Shown one piece after another: positions 36,301-45,109 of a stretch of 64,000 bases of DNA (position 1 is its first letter; every line of letters starts with the position of its first letter). Source of the stretch: Lichenifustis flavocetrariae. Its GTDB lineage: Bacteria > Pseudomonadota > Alphaproteobacteria > Rhizobiales > Beijerinckiaceae. The notes under the pieces are model-generated. The model did no database searches and was not told the origin of the DNA. It was given only the letters and a program-made list of their open reading frames with translations. The position numbers were made by a program, and so were the translations under genes. The DNA lies in the NCBI RefSeq assembly GCF_026130545.1, contig NZ_JAMOIM010000008.1:153038-217037 (forward strand), given 5' to 3'.

Positions 36301-36998
36301 GGATCGCCGTCCTGTTTCTTGGCGAATACATAGCCGCTGCCGCGAACCGTGATGACGCGGCGTGGGCGCTTTGGATCGTCCTCGATCGCCGAGCGGATGC
36401 GCGAGATATGTACGTCGATCGAGCGGTCGAACGCCTCCAGCTCCTCACCCTTGACGAGATCGAGGATGCGCTCGCGGTTGAGTACCCGCCCGGCATTCTG
36501 CGCCAGGGCGACAAGAAGATCGAATTGGTAGCTCGTGAGCAGTCGGTCCTCGCCGTCGATCCTGACCCCGCGTGATCCTCGATCGATCTGCAGGCGGCCA
36601 AACGACAGGACCGTATCGGCCACGGCCTGGGTGCCGCGATTGCGCCGCAGGATGGCACGCAACCGGGCGAGAAGTTCGCGCGGGTTGAACGGTTTGGGCA
36701 GATAATCGTCGGCCCCGATCTCCAATCCGACGATCCTGTCCGTGTCGTCGCCCCGAGCGGTCAGCATCAGGATCGGGATATCCGAGCGCATCCGGATCTG
36801 GCGGCACACTTCGAAGCCGTCGAGATCGGGCAGCATGATGTCCAGGATGATCGCTTGGAAGTCCGTGCGGCCGATGACGTCCAGGGCGCCGCGGCCGGTG
36901 AGGCTGCGGTCGACCCTGTATCCGGCAGCCGAGAGATATTCCGACACCATGCCGGCCAGACGCGCATCATCATCGACCAGAAGCAGATGCTCAGTCAT
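36297..36998 (-). CDS. OmpR/CpxR-family response regulator
   Basis: Receiver 'LLLVDDD...ILDIMLPDLDGFEVC...LMLTARGDDTDRIVGLEIGADDYLPKPFNPRELLARLRAILRR' plus winged-helix C-terminus; 4-nt overlap with the HK gene. Confidence 0.85.
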   Translation of the reverse strand: MTEHLLLVDDDARLAGMVSEYLSAAGYRVDRSLTGRGALDVIGRTDFQAIILDIMLPDLDGFEVCRQIRMRSDIPILMLTARGDDTDRIVGLEIGADDYLPKPFNPRELLARLRAILRRNRGTQAVADTVLSFGRLQIDRGSRGVRIDGEDRLLTSYQFDLLVALAQNAGRVLNRERILDLVKGEELEAFDRSIDVHISRIRSAIEDDPKRPRRVITVRGSGYVFAKKQDGDP

Positions 36999-37022
36999 CG
37001 GCGCGGGTGTCCGAAATGACGA

Positions 37023-37682
37023 TCAGCCCGGGTTGCGGTCGGCGCCGTGATCCGGATCGGCATGATCCTGATCCTCCGGGCCATGACGATGCATGCCGCC
37101 TTCCATATTGCCCCCATCGTCCCGTCCCTCCCGGTGCCACGGGCCCATGCCGCGAGCCATCATGGCTTCGGCGCGATCCGCGAGCGCCGCGCGCTGATCG
37201 GGCGTGAGCTGATCGGCCGAGTCGAGTACCATGCCGACGATGGTTTTGCTCTTCGCATCGAATTTGGCCACTTGTTCGGCACGAAGCTTTTCGACGGCGG
37301 CGCGATCGATGGTCGGCGCCCGCAGGAGGTCGAGCACCTGCTTGCGCATGGCCATGCGGTCTGGGCCGTCCTCGGTCATGCTGCCGAAGCCGGTTGCGAT
37401 GATGTCGTGAACCTTGTCTTCCTGGACCGTCGTGGCTCCGACAGAGTCCAGGGCACCGTGCACCATGCGCTGGATGTGCTCGAGACGGTGGCCTGCCCCC
37501 CAGACGACATGTCCGGTCACGGTCGCCGCATAGGCAAAGCCACCGGCTCCCAGCCCCAATCCGCTGACGAGCGCGCCCGCGAGCAGAACCGGGCGCTGCC
37601 ATCTGGGTCGGCGCGCCGACGCGACATCGCGGGAGCCTGATGCTTCAGGTCCACTTGGTTGATGTTCGAGTGCCTCACTCAT
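37023..37682 (-). CDS. Periplasmic Spy/CpxP-family (LTxxQ motif) protein with Met/His-rich tail
   Basis: From the internal Met 'MSEALEH': signal-anchor-like hydrophobic segment, 'LTPDQRAAL' (LTxxQ), and C-terminal 'MMARGMGPWH...MEGGMHRHGPEDQDHADPDHG' (Met/His/Asp-rich). First gene of the RR-HK operon. Confidence 0.55.
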   Translation of the reverse strand: MSEALEHQPSGPEASGSRDVASARRPRWQRPVLLAGALVSGLGLGAGGFAYAATVTGHVVWGAGHRLEHIQRMVHGALDSVGATTVQEDKVHDIIATGFGSMTEDGPDRMAMRKQVLDLLRAPTIDRAAVEKLRAEQVAKFDAKSKTIVGMVLDSADQLTPDQRAALADRAEAMMARGMGPWHREGRDDGGNMEGGMHRHGPEDQDHADPDHGADRNPG

Positions 37683-37842
37683 GTTACTCTCCTGGCATTG
37701 GCATCGTCTCGGTGCCTGACGCCAAGTTAAAGGTCCGCGGTTTCCGCCTTCCGGCCGCAATGTAAAGTTCCATGAAGCGATTGTGGTGCGCGACGGCCGT
37801 GAGCCGAAGGCTCTTCAACGCCTGTCGCATCGGTTGCAACCT

Positions 37843-38547
37843 TCAGGCCGTGCGGCCCGGTCGAGCCGCGACCCAGATCATGTGGCGCGCGCCCTTCTTG
37901 CCGTGCGCGCGGACAGTGTGTTCTGCCACTATAAACCCTGCTCTGGCGAGCAATTGACTAAAGGCGCGATCGGGGAAAGCCGACCACACCGCGAGGGCTC
38001 CGCCGGGCGCAAGCGCTGTCCAGGCGGCGCGCAGTCCGGCCAGGCTGTAGAGCGCTTCGTTACCGTCTCGAGTCAGACCTTGAGGTCCATTGTCAACGTC
38101 GAGCAGGATCGCGTCATAGATGCCGCGCGCGGCCCGGATCGGCTGGGCGACATCGGCCTGATGGACCCGGACACGGGGGTCCGCAAGCGCGTCACCCGAC
38201 AGATGAGCCAAGGGGCCTCGGACCCATCCCACGACGGCCGTGACGAGCTCGGCCACCTCCACCGAAGCGGCGGGGCCAAGCAGGTCCAGAGCGGCGCGAA
38301 GCGTGAAGCCCATGCCCAGACCGCCGATGAGGAGACGAAAGCTGGTTCCGCGCGTCAGCGCATCCGCGCATCCCAATCGCGCCAGCGCTTCCTCCGAACC
38401 ACGCATGCGGCTCCCCATCAGCAATTCGCGTCCGAGATTGATGGCGAATTCGGTGCCCCGCTGCATCAATCGGAGTTCCTCCGTGCTGCCGGGGATCGGG
38501 GCCGCTTCGATCAAGGTCCAATACTGCACGCGCGCTCCTGGTGTCCG
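37843..38547 (-). CDS. Spermidine-synthase-like (PABS fold) methyltransferase-family protein
   Basis: 'FRLLIGGLGMGFTLRAALDLLGP...VEVAELV' is a Rossmann SAM/dcSAM-binding GxGxG; '...ILLDVDNGP' matches the spermidine synthase acidic motif. Start very uncertain: the ORF extends to 38712 with no convincing Met. Confidence 0.45.
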   Translation of the reverse strand, partial: RTPGARVQYWTLIEAAPIPGSTEELRLMQRGTEFAINLGRELLMGSRMRGSEEALARLGCADALTRGTSFRLLIGGLGMGFTLRAALDLLGPAASVEVAELVTAVVGWVRGPLAHLSGDALADPRVRVHQADVAQPIRAARGIYDAILLDVDNGPQGLTRDGNEALYSLAGLRAAWTALAPGGALAVWSAFPDRAFSQLLARAGFIVAEHTVRAHGKKGARHMIWVAARPGRTA

Positions 38548-38590
38548 CTGCCGGCAAAGCCCATGACATCCTGAGGGGCCGACGTCCAAC

Positions 38591-39325
38591 TCAGGGCAGG
38601 GCAGCCCGCAAGGCGCGAATCGCGTCGAAGCTCGTCGCGAAACATCGATCACCGGCAAAGCCCCAGCGGACGATGTCCGGCGGCGGCAAGGCGACGACCT
38701 TGCCGGAGGCATGCACCTCCGCGACGCCGGTGCGGTGGACGAGAGCCGTCAGGTTCTCCGGACGTATGCCGCCGCCGGCCATGATGGCGATGCGCCCCCG
38801 CGCTTGAATGACCAGCGCCGCAAGGCCATCGCTGCCCGATGGGGCATCGGATGCGCCGCCTGAGGTGAGGATCCGCTCGAAGCCGAGTGCGACGGCAAGC
38901 TCCAGCGCTACGCTCTTGCTCGGCGTGAGATCGAATGCGCGGTGCAGCGTCCGTCCGAGCGTGCCGGCCTCGGCGCACAAATCGGCGAGGGTCTGCTCAT
39001 CGAGCGAATGGTTGGGCCGCGAGGCACCGATCACCACGCCGGCGAGGCCAGCCCGACGAACGGCCGTGATGTCGGCACGCATCGCGGCAAGATCTTGCGT
39101 GCCGTAGACGAAGTCGCCCTGTCGCGGGCGGATCATGGCGTAGACCGGCACGGGCGAGTCGCTTGCCAGCGCAATCAGGCCGGGGGACGGCGTCAATCCG
39201 CCGACATCGAGGCTCGAACACAGTTCGATGCGGTCGGCCCCGGCCGCGATGGCGATCGCCAGACCGTCCGGCGTGTCGACGCAGATTTCCAAACGCGTTC
39301 GAGACGAAGGGGGGACGGGAATCAT
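38591..39325 (-). CDS. cutC: Copper homeostasis protein CutC
   Basis: 'RLEICVDTPDGLAIAIAAGADRIELCSSLDVGGLTPSPGL' is typical of the CutC TIM-barrel family. Confidence 0.85.
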   Translation of the reverse strand: MIPVPPSSRTRLEICVDTPDGLAIAIAAGADRIELCSSLDVGGLTPSPGLIALASDSPVPVYAMIRPRQGDFVYGTQDLAAMRADITAVRRAGLAGVVIGASRPNHSLDEQTLADLCAEAGTLGRTLHRAFDLTPSKSVALELAVALGFERILTSGGASDAPSGSDGLAALVIQARGRIAIMAGGGIRPENLTALVHRTGVAEVHASGKVVALPPPDIVRWGFAGDRCFATSFDAIRALRAALP

Positions 39326-39487
39326 GTGACTTCATGCAAGCCGGCGCGGAAAACCAGCATCGAGACATCCATTGCGGCATCCTTGACATGACATTCAAGG
39401 GGAAGGACCACAAGCGAACAAAGATCCGTGTGCATGGTTGCGTCAGTCAGGGCGACCGCCCTCCAGCGCACCCGACCTGCGAGCGAC

Positions 39488-40456
39488 ATGAGCGGACCCG
39501 AATCCATTCCCGCGCGGCCGGTTGGTTCGGCCTCTCTCCAGCCCCGGTTGGGCTTCTGCGCCGATGTCGGCGGTTCCTTCATCAAATTCGCTTCCGTGCA
39601 ACCGGACGGAACCTGTGTCGAGATGGAGAAATGCCCGACCCCGTCGAAGGATTGGGCGGAGTTCTGCGCCGTTTTGCAGACGCTCTGCGCGGGGCGTGAC
39701 CCACGCCTCGCCCTCTCGCTGTCGATCGCCGGTGTGGTCGATCCCGACGCCGGTCTCGCCTTGAGCGCCAATATCCCGTGTATCAGCGGCCATCGGCTGG
39801 GCGCGGAACTCACTGCCGCGCTCGGACGCCCCGTGCTGGTCGCCAATGACGCGGATTGCTTCGTCTTGGCCGAGGCCCTGCGCGGGGCGGGGGCGGGCCG
39901 ACGCATCGTGTTCGGGATCATTCTCGGGACAGGTGTCGGTGGCGGGCTGGTCGTCGAAGGTCGAATCATCGAGGGGGAGGGCGGCATTACAGGGGAGTGG
40001 GGGCACGGCCCGATCCTCGGCTCGCTCCGGGTTGGCGCGGCTGAACTCCCGTCCATGCCGTGCGGATGCGGCCAAAGCGGTTGTCTCGATACGCTGGGAA
40101 GCGCGCGGGGCTTGGAAAGGATCGACACATTCCTGCACGGCGGATCCCGCGACAGTCTTCGCATCATCGAAGCCTGGGAGCGTGCAGAAGCCGCGGCCAG
40201 CCAGACGGTGAGCACGTGGCTCGGCGTCGTGGCCGGCCCCCTCGCCATGGTGCTCAACCTGACGGGCGCCTCGATCGTGCCGGTCGGCGGCGGCTTGTCG
40301 AACAGCCGTGCGCTGGTCGACGCGCTTGACGCTGCCGTTCGGGCTTGCGTTCTGCGGCGCTCCGAGACGGCGATCGTGGTTCCGTCGGAGCTTGGCGCCG
40401 ATGCCGGCCTGCTCGGCGCGGCCTTGCGGCTTGTGGATCGTGCTTCGACGCTTTGA
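39488..40456 (+). CDS. ROK-family sugar kinase (N-acetylglucosamine kinase NagK-like)
   Basis: 'VLVANDADCF...GIILGTGVGGGLVVEGRIIEGEGGITGEWGHG...PCGCGQSGCLDT': ROK signature with the Cys-rich zinc motif. Confidence 0.65.
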   Translation: MSGPESIPARPVGSASLQPRLGFCADVGGSFIKFASVQPDGTCVEMEKCPTPSKDWAEFCAVLQTLCAGRDPRLALSLSIAGVVDPDAGLALSANIPCISGHRLGAELTAALGRPVLVANDADCFVLAEALRGAGAGRRIVFGIILGTGVGGGLVVEGRIIEGEGGITGEWGHGPILGSLRVGAAELPSMPCGCGQSGCLDTLGSARGLERIDTFLHGGSRDSLRIIEAWERAEAAASQTVSTWLGVVAGPLAMVLNLTGASIVPVGGGLSNSRALVDALDAAVRACVLRRSETAIVVPSELGADAGLLGAALRLVDRASTL

Positions 40457-40463
40457 ACGTCGT

Positions 40464-41027
40464 TCAGGTCGTCGGGCGGTTCAGATCTTTGTCGTCACGG
40501 CGCAGTTCGTCATGCACCCACGTCAGGATCGTCTCGATGGCCAACGGCCTGCTTGTGTCGACGTCGAAGACCGGCGCCCGGCCTGTCGGGGTGGCGCAGC
40601 CGTTCAGCACGATCAGTTCGGGGATGTAGGCTTCTCCCGGGTGTCCAGGACTGCGATCTCCCAGGCGCGAGCGGTAGCGCTCGGCCACCACCGAGTCCGG
40701 CGCATGGCACCAGATCTCGATGACGCGGCCGATGCCGGCCGCCGCGAGATGGCGATCGAGAACTTCGAGCGGCTGAAAGCCGAACCAGGCATCGATCACG
40801 ACCGTTGTCTTGTCGGGCCAATCCCCGATGGCGTTGAAGATGATCGCATAGCTGGCGCGTCCGAGCTTGCGATTGTGCTCCCGATCTCCCGTTCCGAAAT
40901 GCTCGAACAGAGGATCCTTGACGGTATCGAGCGTCATCAGCGGGCATCCCAGTCGATCCGCGATGCCGTGCGCCACGGTGCTCTTGCCGGACGCCGGTAC
41001 GCCATTGACCAGAATGGCCGTCTTCAC
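40464..41027 (-). CDS. P-loop NTPase/kinase (AAA_33-like) of unknown specificity
   Basis: Walker A 'LVNGVPASGKSTVA' near the N-terminus when started at GTG 'VKTAIL'. That GTG overlaps the upstream ROK gene stop (GTGA), suggesting translational coupling. Confidence 0.5.
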   Translation of the reverse strand: MKTAILVNGVPASGKSTVAHGIADRLGCPLMTLDTVKDPLFEHFGTGDREHNRKLGRASYAIIFNAIGDWPDKTTVVIDAWFGFQPLEVLDRHLAAAGIGRVIEIWCHAPDSVVAERYRSRLGDRSPGHPGEAYIPELIVLNGCATPTGRAPVFDVDTSRPLAIETILTWVHDELRRDDKDLNRPTT

Positions 41028-41956
41028 CGCCGCGCCTCGGGGAGCGTTCGAGCCACGAGGCCGGTCGGCTCGGGTTCGATCATATGCTCGATCAGTGCCG
41101 AGACCGCGCCGCCGATGACGCCGGCATCGTCGCCGAGCTGTGCAGCCGCGATCGGACACTGATACCAGGGCGACAAAGCCGGGGCTCGCGCCAGGGCGCG
41201 AAGCGCGGCGCTTCCCAAGCCGCCGCCCAGCAAAACGAGTTCGGGATCGACCGCGGCCACCATGCTGTCGATCGCGGCCCTGAGTGGAAACACCCAGGCG
41301 TCGAGAAGTTGCCCGACCAGGACATCGCCAGCCGCATCACGCTCGAACAACGTGTCGGCCCGCGTCCCTTTCGGCAAGCCGGCTTCCGCGATCAGGCGGC
41401 CGAGCGCCGTGCCCGAACTCGTCGTTTCGACACAGCCGCGGCGCCCGCAAGCGCAGGGGAGCCCATCGTGCCGGACCGTGATATGGCCAAGTTGCCCGGC
41501 GGTCTCGCGCCCCCGCACGATCTTGCCATCGAGAACCACGGCACCGCCGATGCCCGTGCCGATCGTGAACATGACCACGTCGTCGGCACCCTGCGCCGCC
41601 CCGGTCGCCATCTCGGCCACGAGGGCCATGTTGCAATCATTGTCGATCACGACCGGCTTCTCGATTGCCTGTTCGATCTGTTCGGCCAGGCGCGCCCCCG
41701 CAAGATCGAGATAGCCACCCGACAGAACGGTGCGGGTCCGTGCGTCGACGCGACCCGGCACACCGATGCCGATGCCGGCGACGGTCGCATCGTCGAGCTG
41801 CCGACACAAGGCAACGATGCGGCTCAAAACCAGGGCAGGATCCCGTGCGATCGGCTCGGCGTGCCAGTCGAGGATCTCGCCAGAGCTCGAGACCCGCCCG
41901 GCCCGGAGATTGGTGCCGCCGATGTCGATGCCGATCGCCGTTGCGGTGGTGCGCAT
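41024..41956 (-). CDS. ROK-family glucokinase/sugar kinase
   Basis: 'IGIDIGGTNLRAG', 'NDCNMALVAE', 'IGTGIGGAVVLDGKIVRGRETAGQLGHITV...CACGRRGCVETTSSG': complete ROK signature. Confidence 0.75.
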   Translation of the reverse strand: MRTTATAIGIDIGGTNLRAGRVSSSGEILDWHAEPIARDPALVLSRIVALCRQLDDATVAGIGIGVPGRVDARTRTVLSGGYLDLAGARLAEQIEQAIEKPVVIDNDCNMALVAEMATGAAQGADDVVMFTIGTGIGGAVVLDGKIVRGRETAGQLGHITVRHDGLPCACGRRGCVETTSSGTALGRLIAEAGLPKGTRADTLFERDAAGDVLVGQLLDAWVFPLRAAIDSMVAAVDPELVLLGGGLGSAALRALARAPALSPWYQCPIAAAQLGDDAGVIGGAVSALIEHMIEPEPTGLVARTLPEARR

Positions 41957-41984
41957 GGCGGCCTCCTTGATGTAATGCCGGCCG

Positions 41985-42902
41985 TCAGGCTGCGGCGCGG
42001 CCCTGGGAGGAACGGCAGCGCTCCACCACGGATTGAATCTGGCGCAGGCGCGGCACGGCGATCTTGGTCAGACGCTCCCGTGTTACCGCGCGGTCGAGCG
42101 AGATGCAGTCCTTCCAGAGCGCGCGGCCCGCAATGACTCCGGAGGCGCCGTTTTGCATCGCGATCTCGACCTGGCCCACGAAGGTCTCATGGTCGACGCC
42201 GGCCGACAGAACGGCCCATGGCACCTCACCGCACATGGCGGAAATTCGGGCGCAGGTTTCTGCGTTGCCGGGGTAGGGCAGCTTAAGGACCTTGGAGCCG
42301 AGATCGAGGCAGATCTTCGTACCGTCTTCGATGAGCTTCGGGAAGGCTGCGAGATAGTCGGCCTTGCTTTCTCCCGGCAGCTCGTAGGTGAGGAATTCGA
42401 CCACGAGCAGAAGGTCCTCGCGGCCGAAATCCTCGATGCAACGGCGCAGGATCTCGATGTTGGCGGAATTCGCGTCCGGACGGTCCGAGCGGAGGTAGAC
42501 CATGATCTTGCCGCCGGTGCCGCCCAATGCCCGCACGCGCCGTGCATCGATGCCCGGCACGAGCTTGGACAATCGATAACCCTCCGGCGTCGTGTCGAAG
42601 CCAGAGGCATCGAGCCCGATCAGCAGAGCCGTATCGCGGGCCAGCACGCCCGTATCCACCACGCCCGGCACCGCGCAGACCGGATCGAGGAGGATGCAGG
42701 ATGCTTGGCTGGCCAGGAAGCGCGTCAGGTCGGCCTTGGTTTCGCCGAGCATCGCTTCGGTAATCTTGCTTTCGTCGGCCGGGCTGGCCGCCATGATCTT
42801 GCGCATGCCGCCGCGCTGGTCGGCCGCGATCACCATCATGGCCCCGTCGCGGCCGCAGATCTGCTGATAGCCGCGGAATTCGGCTGTGGTCATCTTGGTC
42901 AT
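41985..42902 (-). CDS. LacD-family class I aldolase (tagatose-1,6-bisphosphate / sulfofructose-phosphate aldolase-like)
   Basis: 'VIAADQRGGMRKIM', 'ILLDPVCA', 'GGKIMVYLRSD', 'LLLVVEFLTY', 'LSAGVDHETFVGQVEIAMQNGASGVIAGRALW' parallel the conserved LacD/YihT blocks. Confidence 0.65.
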   Translation of the reverse strand: MTKMTTAEFRGYQQICGRDGAMMVIAADQRGGMRKIMAASPADESKITEAMLGETKADLTRFLASQASCILLDPVCAVPGVVDTGVLARDTALLIGLDASGFDTTPEGYRLSKLVPGIDARRVRALGGTGGKIMVYLRSDRPDANSANIEILRRCIEDFGREDLLLVVEFLTYELPGESKADYLAAFPKLIEDGTKICLDLGSKVLKLPYPGNAETCARISAMCGEVPWAVLSAGVDHETFVGQVEIAMQNGASGVIAGRALWKDCISLDRAVTRERLTKIAVPRLRQIQSVVERCRSSQGRAAA

Positions 42903-42949
42903 GAGATCATCCAGAGTTCGCCCGGCCCGAGGTCCGGGTCAAGGAGGGG

Positions 42950-43708
42950 TCAGCCGCCGATCATCAGCTTCACGACCTCGTCGTGATTGGTGTCCTGGAT
43001 CCGGCGTTCACCCGCGAGGCTGCCACGCAGAAGGACGATGATGCGGTCCGAGACGGCAAAAATGTCTTGCAGATTGTGTGAGATGAAAATGACGCCGCGC
43101 CCTTGGTCCTTGAGCATTTTGATCAGGGAGATCACCTTGCGCTGCTCGGGCACGCCAAGCGCGGCGGTCGGCTCGTCCATCAGGATCACGCGCGCGTTCC
43201 AGTAGATGGCGCGCCCGATCGCGACGGCCTGACGCTGCCCGCCCGAGAACCGCCCGACCGGCGCGTCGAGCCGGTCGACGTGAAAGTCGAGCGTCGCCAT
43301 CGTCTCCTTGGCGGCGACCGCCATGGCCCGTCTGTCAAGCACCGGCAGGAACCCAAAGGCACGCCGCATCGGCTCGCGGCCGAGGAAGATGTTGGCGCCG
43401 ATCGACAGATTGTCGGCCAGGGCGAGGTCTTGATAGATCGTCTCGATCCCCTCGCGCCGTGCAGCCTCCGGGGTTGCAAACGAGACCGGCTTTCCGTCGA
43501 GCCGGATCTCGCCGCCATCGGCGGCATAGACGCCGGAGATCATCTTGGTGAGGGTCGATTTGCCGGCGCCATTGTCGCCCGCGAGCGCCACCACTTCACC
43601 GGGATGGAGCTGCAGGGAGACGCCCTTGAGTGCCTCGACGCCACCGAACCGCTTGGACACGCTACGCACGTCCAAGATGGGCTGGCTGGATGCTGACACG
43701 GCGCTCAT
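42950..43708 (-). CDS. Sugar ABC transporter ATP-binding protein
   Basis: Walker A 'GDNGAGKST', signature 'FSGGQRQ', Walker B 'ILMDEPTAAL'; single ATPase domain ~250 aa. Confidence 0.85.
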   Translation of the reverse strand: MSAVSASSQPILDVRSVSKRFGGVEALKGVSLQLHPGEVVALAGDNGAGKSTLTKMISGVYAADGGEIRLDGKPVSFATPEAARREGIETIYQDLALADNLSIGANIFLGREPMRRAFGFLPVLDRRAMAVAAKETMATLDFHVDRLDAPVGRFSGGQRQAVAIGRAIYWNARVILMDEPTAALGVPEQRKVISLIKMLKDQGRGVIFISHNLQDIFAVSDRIIVLLRGSLAGERRIQDTNHDEVVKLMIGG

Positions 43709-44778
43709 CAGCGGTCTCCTCCGAATTTACGCTGTGTCTGGTCCACCAGGACCGAGATGATGATGACGATGCCGACCGCCACGAATTGCCAGAAGGGTTC
43801 GACGTCGATGAAGACGAGACCGTACTGGATCACCGCGATGACCAGCGAGCCCGCGACAGTGCCCAGGATGGTGCCCGAGCCGCCGAAGAGGCTGGCGCCG
43901 CCGATCACCACGGCGGCGATCGAGTCGAGCAGGAGCGGCTCACCTGCCTGCGCCGCACCCGCCGTGAAACGGGCCGTATACAGAACCCCACCGAGCCCGG
44001 CGCAGAGCGCCGACAGGAGATAGAGTTTGCGGGTGTGACGCCCGACGCCGATGCCGGCCCGGACCGCCGCCTGCTCGCTCGCACCCAGCGCATAGGTGTG
44101 CTGGCCGAAGCGCGTCTGACCGAGCAGGTAGTGCATGACGAGAACGAACAAGGCCGCGATGATCACGATCACCGGGAAGCCGAGAAAGCGCCCATTGCCG
44201 AGGGCCGCGAACCAACTGTTCGAAACCGGCACCGTGGTGCCGCTCGCCAGGATGAAGGCCGCCCCGCGTGCCACGCCGAACATGCCGAGCGTGCCGATGA
44301 AGGGAGGCACCTTCAGTTTAGAGATCAGCCAGCCGTTGACGGCGCCCGGCACAAGGGAAACCCCAAGCCCGGCCGCGATGCCGGCCAGCATGGCCGGAAA
44401 CGGCGGCAACACGGCGCCCGCCTTGTTGGTGACGAGCGCCGCGATAACGGCGGACAGCCCCATGATGAAGCCAACCGAGAGGTCGATGCCGCCCGCGATG
44501 ATCACGAAAGTCTCGCCCAAGGCCAGCAGCAGAGGTGCCACGGCGAAGATAGTGATGGACTGGGCGTTGTAGCTCGACAGAACGAAGGTTGTGCCGTAGC
44601 TGAGGCGCGACCAGATCTCGAAGACAATCAGCAGGAGCGCCAGGAATAGCCAGGCCCGCATAGCCGCGACCCAAAGGATCCAGCGTTTCGCGGGTGTCCC
44701 GGGCTTGCGTGGGACGAGAACTTTTGAAGACATTTGGGCGACCATGCGCCACTCCGCTGAGAACGGGAGGGGTTCCAT
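43708..44778 (-). CDS. Sugar ABC transporter permease (branched/AraH-RbsC type)
   Basis: ~10 TM helices; 'IAGGIDLSVGFIMGLSAVIAAL' is the BPD-transport permease motif; start overlaps the ATPase stop. Confidence 0.85.
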   Translation of the reverse strand: MEPLPFSAEWRMVAQMSSKVLVPRKPGTPAKRWILWVAAMRAWLFLALLLIVFEIWSRLSYGTTFVLSSYNAQSITIFAVAPLLLALGETFVIIAGGIDLSVGFIMGLSAVIAALVTNKAGAVLPPFPAMLAGIAAGLGVSLVPGAVNGWLISKLKVPPFIGTLGMFGVARGAAFILASGTTVPVSNSWFAALGNGRFLGFPVIVIIAALFVLVMHYLLGQTRFGQHTYALGASEQAAVRAGIGVGRHTRKLYLLSALCAGLGGVLYTARFTAGAAQAGEPLLLDSIAAVVIGGASLFGGSGTILGTVAGSLVIAVIQYGLVFIDVEPFWQFVAVGIVIIISVLVDQTQRKFGGDR

Positions 44779-44945
44779 TGTATTGCAATGGAACGATACT
44801 GAGGATTTACTTCATGCTCACAGCGCGGACTGGTCGCGCCGTGTCGTCAGGGCTCCGTCGGCCTTAAGAGGGTGGGGTCCTTCACTGAACTCCTGTCCTC
44901 AGAACCTCGGGCGGTTTGCCACATAATTCGTCATAGCCCCGGCCT

Positions 44946-44969
44946 GAGCCTTCTTCCCCTCCCCCAAGA
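44946..44969. repeat. GC-rich imperfect palindrome in the ABC operon intergenic region (REP-like hairpin)
   Basis: 'CCCCTCCCCC-AAGA-GGGAGAGGGG' (9/10 bp stem) inside a 330-nt gap between the binding-protein and permease genes. Confidence 0.4.
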
Positions 44970-45109
44970 GGGAGAGGGGAAACCCGGTGTTTGGCCAGAT
45001 CAGCGAACGCGGTCGTGGCTTGCGGGGCGAAGGAGAACCGGCTTCGATTTACTAGAAACGAACCGGCCCGTACTGCGAAAAGGCAGTCTACGCTCGCCAA
45101 GGTAACTTA

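Noticed and set aside
35189-36658. 489-aa minus-strand ORF overlapping HK/RR in another frame; also 46621..48138 (505 aa) antisense to lacI/deoR; 55811..56986 and 57287..58480 antisense to the M20 hydrolase and dihydropyrimidinase; 15034..16203 and 17167..18132 antisense to the sulfotransferases
   Set aside because: All overlap motif-bearing genes and show Arg/Pro/Gly-rich spurious composition with no recognisable domains.
37023-37682. Link between the 'LTxxQ' motif of the CpxP-like protein and the L-T-x-x-Q core of the giant octapeptide repeats
   Set aside because: Most likely coincidental composition. The Spy/CpxP LTxxQ motif sits in an alpha-helical hairpin context absent from the Ser/Thr repeat array; recorded only as a curiosity.
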